A DNA stretch of 64,000 bases from NCBI GenBank assembly GCA_016180955.1, contig JACPAD010000001.1:8527-72526 (forward strand). The letters are read 5' to 3'. Below the pieces are notes generated by a model that was given only the letters and a program-made list of their open reading frames with translations, was not told where the DNA came from and ran no database searches. Numbering within the stretch: position 1 is the first letter of the stretch; each line of letters begins with the position of its first letter. Both the position numbers and the translations under genes were made by a program. Shown here in pieces: positions 17,461 to 26,078 of this stretch. The stretch comes from Candidatus Zambryskiibacteriota bacterium. Lineage in GTDB: Bacteria; Patescibacteriota; Minisyncoccia; Phycocordibacterales; Zambryskibacteraceae.

Positions 17461-18426
17461 ATGCCCAATTCCCTACCCATAACTCAACACCTTTTGCCCT
17501 TTCTTGATTATTGCGAAATAGAAAAAGGATTATCAAATAATACACAGAAGAATTATCGGCAATATCTCCTGCTTTTTACGGGCTGGCTCAAAAAATCCGG
17601 CAATGAAAAGCTCAAGCCACAGGAGTTGACCGCCAAGCACATTTGGGACTACCGACTCTACCTTGCCCGTCAATATAAGACCCCAGGAGGCTCGTACTTG
17701 AGCAAGAAGTCGCAGAATTACTATTTGATAGCTTTGAGGGCGCTTTTGAATTATTTTGCCGAAAAAGATATAGAGTCTCTTCCCTCTTCGAAAATAAAAT
17801 TGGCGAAGCAGAAGTCGGAGAAAATAATTTCTTTCTTGGAAGTTTCTGATATGGAGAAAATACTCAAGGTGCCGGATGTCTCGACTATAAACGGCTTGCG
17901 CGATAGGGCTATTATGGAACTCTTTTTCTCATCCGGCATGCGCATTTCGGAGCTTGTAGCCCTTAATGCCGACCAGCTCTTATTTCTTGATAACAAGAAC
18001 GCTAAAAGAACTTACGAACTCTCCATCGTCGGCAAGGGCAAACACATTCGCACTATTTTCATCTCCCCTCGTGCCGCCGAGTGGCTGAGGAAGTATCTGA
18101 CAAAAAGGCGTGACGTGCATAAGCCGTTATTTATAAATACTAGGTCGAAAGACCTGGACAACAATCGTCTCACTCCGCGCTCGATACAGTCGATGATATC
18201 GAGGGCGGCGATGTTGGCCGGATTATCAAAAAAAGTGACGCCTCACACCCTGCGTCACAGCTATGCTACCGACCTCTTATCTCATGGAGCCGACCTGCGT
18301 AGCGTCCAAGAGCTTCTGGGACACAAAAATGTTTCTACAACCCAAGTCTACACCCACGTTACCAACAAGCGCCTGCGTGACATCCATGAGAAATTCCACG
18401 GCGGCAGGGATTTAAAGGATAAATAA
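17461..18426 (+). CDS. Tyrosine recombinase XerC/XerD family
   Basis: RDRAIMELFFSSGMRISE, TPHTLRHSYATDLL and LLGHKNVSTTQVYTHV motifs (R..HxxR..Y). Start moved to the internal ATG 17461 (MPNSLPITQHLL...). Confidence 0.85.
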   Translation: MPNSLPITQHLLPFLDYCEIEKGLSNNTQKNYRQYLLLFTGWLKKSGNEKLKPQELTAKHIWDYRLYLARQYKTPGGSYLSKKSQNYYLIALRALLNYFAEKDIESLPSSKIKLAKQKSEKIISFLEVSDMEKILKVPDVSTINGLRDRAIMELFFSSGMRISELVALNADQLLFLDNKNAKRTYELSIVGKGKHIRTIFISPRAAEWLRKYLTKRRDVHKPLFINTRSKDLDNNRLTPRSIQSMISRAAMLAGLSKKVTPHTLRHSYATDLLSHGADLRSVQELLGHKNVSTTQVYTHVTNKRLRDIHEKFHGGRDLKDK

Positions 18427-18436
18427 AACACACAAA

Positions 18437-18466
18437 CCCCGCCGCGTCTGACGCGGCGGGGTTTTG
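18437..18466. terminator. Bidirectional GC-rich hairpin terminator between the convergent xerC-like and lysozyme-like genes
   Basis: CCCCGCCGCG-tctga-CGCGGCGGGG followed by TTTT. Confidence 0.75.
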
Positions 18467-18472
18467 TAGAGA

Positions 18473-18928
18473 TTATCTCTTAGCTATCTCGAAGTTAGAG
18501 AATTTGGACCAGCAAGCAGAGGAGGACATCCAGGGCTTGGCGCCATACTTTTCATAAAGGTAGCGTGCGTAAGCCACGTTGTCGTCCAGGTCGTGCAAGT
18601 CCAATCCCATCTCTTGTGCATCCTCTTGATGGTACAAGATGTTGATTTGCATCACGCCTCGATCGTAGCTGTTCTTCTCGCCGTGGAGCACATCTCCCTT
18701 GGAGTAGTGTCTGTAGCGGGATTCACACCTAGCGATTTTAGCCATGAGTGGAATGTCGGCGAAATAGTTCTTAACGAACCTCTCGACGTTCTCCGTCTCC
18801 GTTATCGGCAGATAGTCTTCTGACCTCACTTCTTTAGGAAGAGGCAGAGTCTCTACCTCAATCTCTGTGGCCGGAACTGGCGAGGTAATCGCTGGAAACA
18901 CAGCCATAGCGGAAGAAGAGAAACTCAA
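18473..18928 (-). CDS. Lysozyme-like / lytic transglycosylase-fold protein; start unclear, possibly frameshifted
   Basis: IARCESRYRHYSKGD...DRGVMQINILYH (catalytic Glu plus MQIN). The frame stays open upstream of the TTG at 18928 and encodes signal-peptide-like LQLTTLSLLLSFSSSAMA. The only ATG (18992) is in another frame across an A4 run. Confidence 0.55.
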   Translation of the reverse strand: MSFSSSAMAVFPAITSPVPATEIEVETLPLPKEVRSEDYLPITETENVERFVKNYFADIPLMAKIARCESRYRHYSKGDVLHGEKNSYDRGVMQINILYHQEDAQEMGLDLHDLDDNVAYARYLYEKYGAKPWMSSSACWSKFSNFEIAKR

Positions 18929-19045
18929 GAGAAGACTAAGGGTTGTTAACTGTAAAATAACAGTGGGATAAACTTGTAATTTTGGGTGACATTGACCGTA
19001 AGAGCGCTCCCAATTGAAAAGCCAGGACTTTCCTGACTTACTTAT

Positions 19046-19074
19046 ATCTTATCACACCTGACTATTGATGTCAA
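19046..19074 (-). promoter_or_regulatory. Canonical promoter TTGACA-17-TAAGAT for the lysozyme-like gene
   Basis: Minus-strand TTGACA = 19074-19069; TAAGAT = 19051-19046. Confidence 0.5.
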
Positions 19075-19130
19075 GGACTTTTTGTGGTCTAGTTTAATAA
19101 AATGGCTTTGTTAAGCCGTATTTTGTGAAA

Positions 19131-19514
19131 CTATTGTGGCTTGCAATTAGCCGCCAGAGTATATCCGGAGGCCTCGGCTGCTTCCGGCGAGCTAAAAATG
19201 ATTTTATTCTCCTCTCTAATCTGCTTGGCTCCCGCGCAATGCGAGTAGTGGTATTTAGTGCCATTTTTAGAAGCCACTACAGAAGAGGAATTTTCAATGT
19301 TATTCAATGCGCTAGAAACAGAGGCTTGATTGGAAATTGATGAGTCGTATTCTATCTTTATTGCTTCCCTGTCCCCCGCCACCGTAAGTCTCCCAATACC
19401 GAAAGAAAGAGCAGCAACGAGAATGATAATAAGAGCTAAGAAAAGCTTCCTTAAAAGCGGAAATTTTTCGATATTACCAAACTTGTCAAAAGAAACTTCC
19501 TCTGCTATATTCAT
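19131..19514 (-). CDS. Membrane-anchored protein with C-terminal Ada-like Zn-binding-type domain
   Basis: Start moved to the internal ATG 19514 (MNIAEEV...). One TM helix. C-terminus GTKYHYSHCAGAKQIREENKIIFSSPEAAEASGYTLAANC. Confidence 0.45.
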   Translation of the reverse strand: MNIAEEVSFDKFGNIEKFPLLRKLFLALIIILVAALSFGIGRLTVAGDREAIKIEYDSSISNQASVSSALNNIENSSSVVASKNGTKYHYSHCAGAKQIREENKIIFSSPEAAEASGYTLAANCKPQ

Positions 19515-19552
19515 AGAGCTTAATATTATAGGTTCGACAAGCTCACTATACA

Positions 19553-19831
19553 ATGGCACATAAAAAGTCCGCGGGCACAACTAAAAACGGCCGAGATTCC
19601 AATCCAAAATATCTTGGCATTAAGATTACTCCGGGAGCAAGGGCTAAGTCCGGCTCTGTTCTTGTGCGTCAGCGCGGCTCTGATGTACTGGCTGGTAAAG
19701 GAGTCTCTATGGGCAAGGACCATACTCTCTTCGCTCTCGTTGACGGCAAGGTTTTTCTTACCTATAAGCGCAAGGTCCATTTTGATAATAGCGTAGTCAA
19801 AAAAAAGGTTATGAATGTTGTTCCCGTCTAA
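19553..19831 (+). CDS. rpmA: 50S ribosomal protein L27
   Basis: [24 protein letters not shown] signature. Confidence 0.95.
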   Translation: MAHKKSAGTTKNGRDSNPKYLGIKITPGARAKSGSVLVRQRGSDVLAGKGVSMGKDHTLFALVDGKVFLTYKRKVHFDNSVVKKKVMNVVPV

Positions 19832-20075
19832 ACTTTTCAAGTTCTAAATGTTTTTCTAGACGTCTTGCTTCCTTTTCATTAATCTCCTGCTCTCGAGCGG
19901 CTTTCTTTGTCTTGCTTTGCTCCTTGAGCTGTTTTACTCTAGCGACGCTTGCTTTATCCGCTACGAGCGCAAAATTCTTAGGGATTAAAAAATTTAAAGC
20001 GTAGCCGTCGGCCACATTCTTCTCTTCAAACTTACGTCCGACACCCTTCACATCCTGAAGTAAGATAATCTTCAT
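19809..20075 (-). CDS. rplI: 50S ribosomal protein L9 (N-terminal domain plus helix only, 88 aa)
   Basis: [32 protein letters not shown]. 3' end overlaps the rpmA 3' end by 23 nt (convergent). Confidence 0.8.
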   Translation of the reverse strand: MKIILLQDVKGVGRKFEEKNVADGYALNFLIPKNFALVADKASVARVKQLKEQSKTKKAAREQEINEKEARRLEKHLELEKFRREQHS

Positions 20076-20093
20076 TCCATTTATTACTAACTA

Positions 20094-21314
20094 CTATTTA
20101 CTTAAAATCTCTATCGCTTTCTCTAGCTGGGGGTCATGGTCGGCGGCGCGGTCGGCAGGAGTGTACTTGACTATATAATCCGGCTCAATCCCCTTCTCTG
20201 AAATGGAAATTCCGTTGGGAGTAAGCCACCTCGCGACCGTGAGTTTGAGGGAAGTTTCCGGCGTGATATCTACCAGCTCTTGCACGGAGCCCTTGCCGAA
20301 AGTAGTCTCCCCGACCAATACCGCGCGGCCATGTTCCCTCAATGCCCCGGCGAGAATCTCCGATGCTGAAGCTGAACCTTTATCTACAAGGATGACAAAT
20401 TCAAGCTCGTCAGTAAAAATGTCATAACCGCGGCTTCGATAAACCTTCTCTTCTCGTGAGTTACCGAAGTCCTCTCTTACCACTACACGACTTGCCGGGA
20501 GAAACCAACTGGCCATGTCTATAGCCGCCTCCAAGTAACCGCCCGGATTGCCTCTCATATCTAAAATGAGTTTGTCGTTGCCAGAGAGGATGAATTCGCG
20601 TAAAGCGATGCGGAAAAGGTTCGGCGAATTGGCCGAGAAGCTGTATAGTTCGATGTCGAAGATGTCTCCCGGCAAACTCGAGGTTGCGATAATGGGGATG
20701 TCAATGACAGCGCGCTCTATCGCGATTTCGAACGGCTCACTTTTCCCTTCTCTAAAGACCGTGAGAGTCACTTGTGTGCCTCTTGGTCCGCGAATAAGTT
20801 GTACCGCTTCCTCGGTTGAGAGAGAGCTTGTCGGCTCGCCATTGATGCGGATAACCTTATCTCCCGCGAGTATGCCAGCTTTTTCGGCGGGAGAATTTTT
20901 AAGCGGGGCGATGACGATGATAACCCCTTCCTGCGCGAGAATTTCCATGCCAACACCTTCGAAATTGCCGCGGATGTCTGATTCAAAAAGTTCTGCTTCC
21001 ACCGGCGGGAAAAAGACGGTGTAAGGGTCGCCAAGCGAGCCGGCTAAGCCCTCAATCGCTCCCCAGACTTTCTTCTGGTCGCTTACTTTTTCTGCTGTGG
21101 TGGAGGCCGGCACGTACTTCTCGTTAATAAGATTCCAGGCCTTCCAAAACGGGCTGAAGTCGAGTGCTTCCGGTTGGCCAACCGCTTCGTTCTCGAGATT
21201 GGAGACGACCGTCGAGACCTCCTCTCCTCCCTTATTGAATCCAAGATTATAAGAGCCGACAGCGATAAGAAATATGAGGAGAAGCAATGCGGCGTGTTTT
21301 CGCAGAAAATCCAT
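20094..21314 (-). CDS. ctp: Carboxyl-terminal processing protease (S41)
   Basis: PDZ segment, GSASASEI catalytic Ser, downstream FGKGSVQ. Start moved to ATG 21314 (MDFLRKHAALLLLIF...). Confidence 0.85.
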   Translation of the reverse strand: MDFLRKHAALLLLIFLIAVGSYNLGFNKGGEEVSTVVSNLENEAVGQPEALDFSPFWKAWNLINEKYVPASTTAEKVSDQKKVWGAIEGLAGSLGDPYTVFFPPVEAELFESDIRGNFEGVGMEILAQEGVIIVIAPLKNSPAEKAGILAGDKVIRINGEPTSSLSTEEAVQLIRGPRGTQVTLTVFREGKSEPFEIAIERAVIDIPIIATSSLPGDIFDIELYSFSANSPNLFRIALREFILSGNDKLILDMRGNPGGYLEAAIDMASWFLPASRVVVREDFGNSREEKVYRSRGYDIFTDELEFVILVDKGSASASEILAGALREHGRAVLVGETTFGKGSVQELVDITPETSLKLTVARWLTPNGISISEKGIEPDYIVKYTPADRAADHDPQLEKAIEILSK

Positions 21315-21321
21315 TTTGGAA

Positions 21322-21327
21322 ATTATA
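21322..21327 (-). promoter_or_regulatory. TATAAT -10 box 7 nt before the ctp ATG; leaderless candidate
   Basis: Plus-strand ATTATA 21322-21327. Back to back with the cysS -10 inside a 28-bp divergent spacer. Confidence 0.4.
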
Positions 21328-21330
21328 GCA

Positions 21331-21336
21331 TATAAT
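21331..21336 (+). promoter_or_regulatory. TATAAT -10 box 6 nt before the cysS ATG; leaderless candidate
   Basis: TATAAT 21331-21336, ATG 21343. Confidence 0.4.
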
Positions 21337-21342
21337 AGCCTT

Positions 21343-22719
21343 ATGACGATCAGGTTACATAATACTTTAAGTGGAAAACTTGAGGAATTTTCCCCTATTG
21401 AACCCAACAGAGTGAAAATGTATCACTGCGGCCCGACGGTCTACGGTACCCAGCATATTGGTAATCTTTCGATGTTTGTTTTTACTGACATCTTGCGTCG
21501 CACTCTCGAATACAGTGGCTTTCAAACCAAACAAGTCATCAATATTACTGATTTCGGTCACCTGACTTCTGATGCTGACGAAGGAGAAGATAAGATGACC
21601 AAGGGCCTCAAGCGAGAAGGCTTGGAAATGACACTTGATAATATGCTTACTCTTGGACGGAAATATGCTGGAGTCTTTCTCGAAGACATTTCGAGATTGA
21701 ATGTGAAAACAGAGGGCACTTTCTTTCCTTACGCGAGCGAGTACGTGCCGCAGCAGATTGAGATGATTAAGATTCTCGAGTCAAAAGGCTTTACCTATAA
21801 AACGAGCGACGGAATTTACTTTGATATATCAAAGTGTAGAGAATATGGAAAATTGGGTGGTCTCTCGCAAGATTTGCAAGCTCGCATAGCTCCCAACCCC
21901 GAGAAGAAAAACCAGCGAGACTTCAATCTTTGGAAGTTTAATCCAAAACTTGGTTGGAAGTCTCCATGGGGTGAGGGGTTCCCCGGGTGGCATATCGAGT
22001 GTTCGACCATGATTATTAACCTTTTAGGAGAACAGATAGACATACATACGGGCGGTATTGAGCACATACCAGTGCATCATAATAATGAAATTGCCCAATC
22101 CGAGGCGGCTACGGGCAAGGAACCATTTGCTAGGTACTGGCTACACAGAGCTCATCTACAATTAGGCGGCGAAAAGATTGCCAAATCAGAAGGCAACGTG
22201 GTATATCTTTCTGAAATTATCGAGAAAGGATTCAGTCCCCTAGCCTTCCGATACTTCCTTTTGAATTCTACCTATCGAACTTCTACCAACTTCACTTGGG
22301 AAGCGCTGGAAGCGGCTCAAAATGCGTATAAGAAACTCAAAGAAGCTATGACGGGCAAGCAAGATTTAGGAATAATAGATCAAAAATACAAAAAACAATT
22401 CATAGAGAAGATTGAAGATGACCTTAATACTCCCGAAGCACTGGCGGTTGTTTGGAAACTGGTTAAAGATGAATCCGTCTCTTCTGCCGATAAGCACTCT
22501 ACGCTTCTTGATTTCGATAAAGTGTTAGGACTTAATCTTGAACAAAATGAATTTGAAACGGGAGAGATTCCGGAAGAAGTCTCCAAGCTTCTCTCCGAAC
22601 GCGAAGAAGCTCGCGCTTCCGGAGACTACCAAAAATCTGACAAACTTCGCGAAGAAATTAAAAAACTTGACTTTATAGTCGAAGATACTCCATCGGGCCA
22701 GAAAGTTTTGAAGTTATAA
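21343..22719 (+). CDS. cysS: Cysteinyl-tRNA synthetase
   Basis: CGPTVYGTQHIGN (HIGH) and KIAKSEG (KMSKS-like) motifs. Start moved to ATG 21343 (MTIRLHNTLSGK). Confidence 0.9.
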   Translation: MTIRLHNTLSGKLEEFSPIEPNRVKMYHCGPTVYGTQHIGNLSMFVFTDILRRTLEYSGFQTKQVINITDFGHLTSDADEGEDKMTKGLKREGLEMTLDNMLTLGRKYAGVFLEDISRLNVKTEGTFFPYASEYVPQQIEMIKILESKGFTYKTSDGIYFDISKCREYGKLGGLSQDLQARIAPNPEKKNQRDFNLWKFNPKLGWKSPWGEGFPGWHIECSTMIINLLGEQIDIHTGGIEHIPVHHNNEIAQSEAATGKEPFARYWLHRAHLQLGGEKIAKSEGNVVYLSEIIEKGFSPLAFRYFLLNSTYRTSTNFTWEALEAAQNAYKKLKEAMTGKQDLGIIDQKYKKQFIEKIEDDLNTPEALAVVWKLVKDESVSSADKHSTLLDFDKVLGLNLEQNEFETGEIPEEVSKLLSEREEARASGDYQKSDKLREEIKKLDFIVEDTPSGQKVLKL

Positions 22720-22844
22720 ATTATACTTTTTACTAGCGGTCGCAAGTATTTTCTACTTTTTTTGAAATTAGAAATTAAAACAAAAACATTTGAGTGTCAA
22801 ACAAGTTCTCCCCAACTTAAACACTACTTTCTACCCATTTCTAG

Positions 22845-22878
22845 ACTCGTATCATTCGATCAAATTCGCTATAATTCG
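22845..22878 (+). promoter_or_regulatory. TCGTATCATTCGAT box plus phased ATTCG repeats and TATAAT upstream of dnaB
   Basis: Box 22847-22860. (A)CTCG/ATTCG at 22845, 22854, 22864, 22874. TATAAT 22870-22875. ATG 22883. Confidence 0.45.
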
Positions 22879-22882
22879 TGGC

Positions 22883-24307
22883 ATGGAAATTACCGGTCAG
22901 AACCCCATCACTAACGCGGGGCTGCGCATCCCGCCCCACTCGCTCGAGGCGGAGATGGCGCTCCTTGGCTCTATCATGCTTCGTCCGGATGCGATTTATG
23001 AAATTATTGATATCGTAACTCCCTTATCTTTTTATTTCGAAAAGCATCGCACTGTATATGAAGCAATGCTCGAGCTCTTCGGTAAGCATCAGCCGATAGA
23101 TATTCTATCGCTCTCCACACGGTTGAAAGAAAAAGATTTTCTCGAACATATAGGCGGTACCACTTTCCTCACTGAACTTTCCTCTGTTGTACCCTCTTCC
23201 GCCAATGTCAAGCACTATGCCGAGATTGTAATGAAAAAATATATGATGCGCCAGCTTATCGAGGCTTCCGAGTATCTATCGCACTTAGGCTTCAACGAAG
23301 CGGGCGAACTCGAAGAGATTCTCGACCAAGCGGAGAAGAAAGTCTTCGACATCACCGAACACTTCGCTGGTTCTGCACGTTTCCGAGAACTTATGCCGCT
23401 TCTCCACGACGCCTTCGAGCGCTTCGAGAGGCTCTCCAGTGCTGAACACGAATTGCGCGGTGTACGGACAGGATTCAAGTCACTTGATGATATCCTCGGC
23501 GGTTTCCAGAATTCCGACCTCATCATCATCGCCGCGCGTCCTTCGGTCGGTAAGACGGCTCTGGCTCTCGACATCGCCCGTCGCACAGCAAGCGAGCATC
23601 AGACTCCCGTCGGCATCTTCTCTCTTGAGATGAGCGCGGACCAGCTGGTGGACAGGATTGTTGCCGCCCAGAGCCGCACTGACGCCTCGATCATCAGGAA
23701 AGGCGTGCGCACCCAGAGCGGCACTTGGCGTGAGGATATCTTCAAGAATATCCGCGACGCTCTTGATGATCTCTCGCGTACGCCCATCTACATTGACGAC
23801 CAGCCCGGTAATTCCATCATGAAGATGCGTTCTGCCGCGCGTAAGCTCAAGATCGAGAAAAGTCTCAAGCTTCTTATCGTTGATTATCTCCAGCTTATGG
23901 CGCCCTCGACTGCTCGTACCAACGACTCGATGGTCCAGCAAGTGACCGAAATTTCACGCGGGTTGAAGCACTTGGCCCGTGAGCTCAACATCCCCGTCAT
24001 TGCTCTCTCCCAGCTCTCGCGTGCCATCGAGACCCGCGGTGGCAAGCCTAAACTCTCCGACCTTCGCGACTCGGGCTCCATCGAGCAGGATGCAGACCTG
24101 GTGATGTTCATCCACTCCAATGAGGACGATATCCGAGACGAGTCCGGCAAGGTCAAGGACGTCCAGCGCAAAGAGCTCATCATCGCCAAGCATAGGAACG
24201 GCCCGTTGGGTCAGGCGGTGCTCGACTATCACACCCGCTTCAATACCTTCGTTGAAATAGACTACTCCAACTACGGCAAGATTGAGGAAGATTTCAAGAA
24301 TTTCTGA
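22883..24307 (+). CDS. dnaB: Replicative DNA helicase DnaB
   Basis: PHSLEAEMALLGSIM N-terminal motif, Walker A ARPSVGKTALAL, RecA-like C-terminal half. Start moved from the TTG at 22790 to ATG 22883. Confidence 0.9.
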   Translation: MEITGQNPITNAGLRIPPHSLEAEMALLGSIMLRPDAIYEIIDIVTPLSFYFEKHRTVYEAMLELFGKHQPIDILSLSTRLKEKDFLEHIGGTTFLTELSSVVPSSANVKHYAEIVMKKYMMRQLIEASEYLSHLGFNEAGELEEILDQAEKKVFDITEHFAGSARFRELMPLLHDAFERFERLSSAEHELRGVRTGFKSLDDILGGFQNSDLIIIAARPSVGKTALALDIARRTASEHQTPVGIFSLEMSADQLVDRIVAAQSRTDASIIRKGVRTQSGTWREDIFKNIRDALDDLSRTPIYIDDQPGNSIMKMRSAARKLKIEKSLKLLIVDYLQLMAPSTARTNDSMVQQVTEISRGLKHLARELNIPVIALSQLSRAIETRGGKPKLSDLRDSGSIEQDADLVMFIHSNEDDIRDESGKVKDVQRKELIIAKHRNGPLGQAVLDYHTRFNTFVEIDYSNYGKIEEDFKNF

Positions 24308-24909
24308 TGAACGCTATCGATCGGTTAGCTGAACTTTTTAAAAACTTCCCCGGCATAGGCCCGCGGCAAGCCAAGCGCTTTGTTTATTATCTTTTATCTA
24401 GAGATGGAAATTATTCTGATGAACTGATTAAAGCAATACAAAATCTCAAGCAAGAAATCGCACAGTGCAATGAATGCCAGAGACACTTTCCCTCGACAAA
24501 CTCGGGACAAGCGCTCTGTTCCATTTGCTCTGACGATACCAGAGATAGCTCAATGCTCATGGTTGTGCCGAGAGATATTGACTTGGAAGCGGTTGAGAAA
24601 TCTGGTAGTTACAAGGGTTACTATTTCGTGTTAGGCGGTGTGGTGCCGATTCTAGAGAAAGAACCAGAAAAAAGAATCAGAATCAAGGAACTAGAATCAC
24701 GAATCAAGAAAAATAAAAATATCAAAGAAATAATTCTTGCTATGAACGCCAACCAGGACGGCGAGCATACCGCCGAATTCATCAAACAAAAATATCAAGG
24801 GCTACCCTTGATATTTTCCGCGCTTGGCAGAGGTCTCTCCACTGGCATCGAGTTAGAATACGCCGACCCAGAAACCCTCAAAAACGCCTTTTTGCATCGG
24901 ACTAAATAA
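24307..24909 (+). CDS. recR: Recombination protein RecR
   Basis: FPGIGPRQAKRF HhH, CxxC...CxxC zinc finger, Toprim. The finger loop is lengthened by a PSTNSGQA insert. Confidence 0.9.
   Translation: MNAIDRLAELFKNFPGIGPRQAKRFVYYLLSRDGNYSDELIKAIQNLKQEIAQCNECQRHFPSTNSGQALCSICSDDTRDSSMLMVVPRDIDLEAVEKSGSYKGYYFVLGGVVPILEKEPEKRIRIKELESRIKKNKNIKEIILAMNANQDGEHTAEFIKQKYQGLPLIFSALGRGLSTGIELEYADPETLKNAFLHRTK
24490..24513 (+). repeat. In-frame element copy (CCCTCGACAAACTCGGGACAAGCG = PSTNSGQA) inside the recR zinc finger
   Basis: Shares the CCCTCGAC and CTCGGG.CAAGC blocks with the copB copy at 32425-32448. One nt shorter between the blocks, so the 3' half is read in another frame. Confidence 0.5.
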
Positions 24910-25058
24910 GCTACGTTCTAAATTATTTACCCATAAAATACAAATTAAGTCAAATTTTTAGAGCTTGACACACACACTTCTTTGGTAAGGTTCAAACAGA
25001 GCTTACCCCCTAGACAGATTCACTGTTTAGTGGTCTGCCCTTTGAAAGGAAACTACAT

Positions 25059-25784
25059 GTGAATGATAACTTTCGTGGACACTTGGAAGAGTGCATCAAG
25101 CACTTTGCCGCCCGCTTTTCTGAATCGTTTCCGAAAGGAAGCAAAGAAGCGGCAGAGGCTAAGCGGCCGATAGCCAAGTTCTGTGGCGTGAGTGTAGCTA
25201 CCGTGACCCGGTGGCTATATCACGCAAACAGCTTGCCGAAGGGCGAGGAGAACATCAAGCTGATGCATTTCCTCGACCTCAACGGCTACAAGGTAATCGA
25301 ACTCGAGCGCGTTCCGCAGAAGTGCCGCAACTTCGCCAAGCTCATCGGTTTTTCGCTGATCACAAGTCAGCAGGCGACCGACATGCTTGGATATACCCAA
25401 ACCTCTTCTCTTTTCCAGTTGCTTCGTGGCAACCGGGAAGCAAGTGATGACCGGGATCAGAAGTTGTGGGATATGTGGAAAGTGCGAAAGGACAAACTTG
25501 ACGAGGCGGTTGAAAAAGCTGTACAGCGATTTCGACTAAATTTCTCACCAGCGTCAGAGCACTCGACGGTACCAACGGAAACGCTGGTGACGCCGAACTT
25601 CAACAACTACCCCAAAGACGGGGTGATTGATATCATGCAAGGCCTTCTACGGTTTCTCGATGGTGGGGTCTTGCAAGATCTCTCAGACGCTGACTGGGTT
25701 GCATTGCGCAACTCAAGCAGTGTGGTTCTTCGGCTCTCTTCCCATCTGTCAACACTCAGCGCTCGGCTAGTAAAGCCAAGCTAA
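25059..25784 (+). CDS. Hypothetical protein with two HTH-like segments (cassette gene 1)
   Basis: GTG start with AAAGGA SD. IAKFCGVSVATVTRWL and ITSQQATDMLGYTQTSSLFQLLRG. C-terminal half unassigned. GC-richer than flanks by eye. Confidence 0.6.
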   Translation: MNDNFRGHLEECIKHFAARFSESFPKGSKEAAEAKRPIAKFCGVSVATVTRWLYHANSLPKGEENIKLMHFLDLNGYKVIELERVPQKCRNFAKLIGFSLITSQQATDMLGYTQTSSLFQLLRGNREASDDRDQKLWDMWKVRKDKLDEAVEKAVQRFRLNFSPASEHSTVPTETLVTPNFNNYPKDGVIDIMQGLLRFLDGGVLQDLSDADWVALRNSSSVVLRLSSHLSTLSARLVKPS

Positions 25785-25794
25785 AGGAGGTTCC

Positions 25795-26076
25795 ATGACC
25801 GAACCGCATCGCTGGGTGGTGCAGAAGGTCGTTCCTAACGGCCAGCACGGGCCGTACGCGATAGCTCAAGATGAAGACCAAAAACTCGGTTCAGTTACCT
25901 TTTCTCTCACGCCAGATGTTTGGCCGGAGAAGAGATTCCCCGAACCGGGTTCCGAGGTGGTTCTGGAAGATTTTCAGAAGAAGCGCGCAGGGTGGCGCGC
26001 AATGTCTGCCCGGTTTTTCAGACCGGAAGACATCGGCAACAGCAATCAGCAAGCGCGTTCAGCGCGGAGCAAATAG
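25795..26076 (+). CDS. Hypothetical 93-aa protein (cassette gene 2)
   Basis: Strong AGGAGG SD 5 nt upstream. No motif recognised. Confidence 0.5.
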   Translation: MTEPHRWVVQKVVPNGQHGPYAIAQDEDQKLGSVTFSLTPDVWPEKRFPEPGSEVVLEDFQKKRAGWRAMSARFFRPEDIGNSNQQARSARSK

Positions 26077-26078
26077 CC

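Noticed and set aside
19024-19040. GGAAAGTCCTGGC on the minus strand, reminiscent of the RNase P CR-I motif
   Set aside because: It is only a 5-bp local hairpin in the 5' UTR of the lysozyme-like gene. No other RNase P conserved regions lie nearby, and the available space is too short.
25920-26078. Longer start (25920) for the ParB-like gene given by the ORF track
   Set aside because: It would overlap the 93-aa gene by 157 nt and adds a low-complexity Arg/Gly stretch. The ATG at 26079, 3 nt after the upstream stop, is the natural coupled start.
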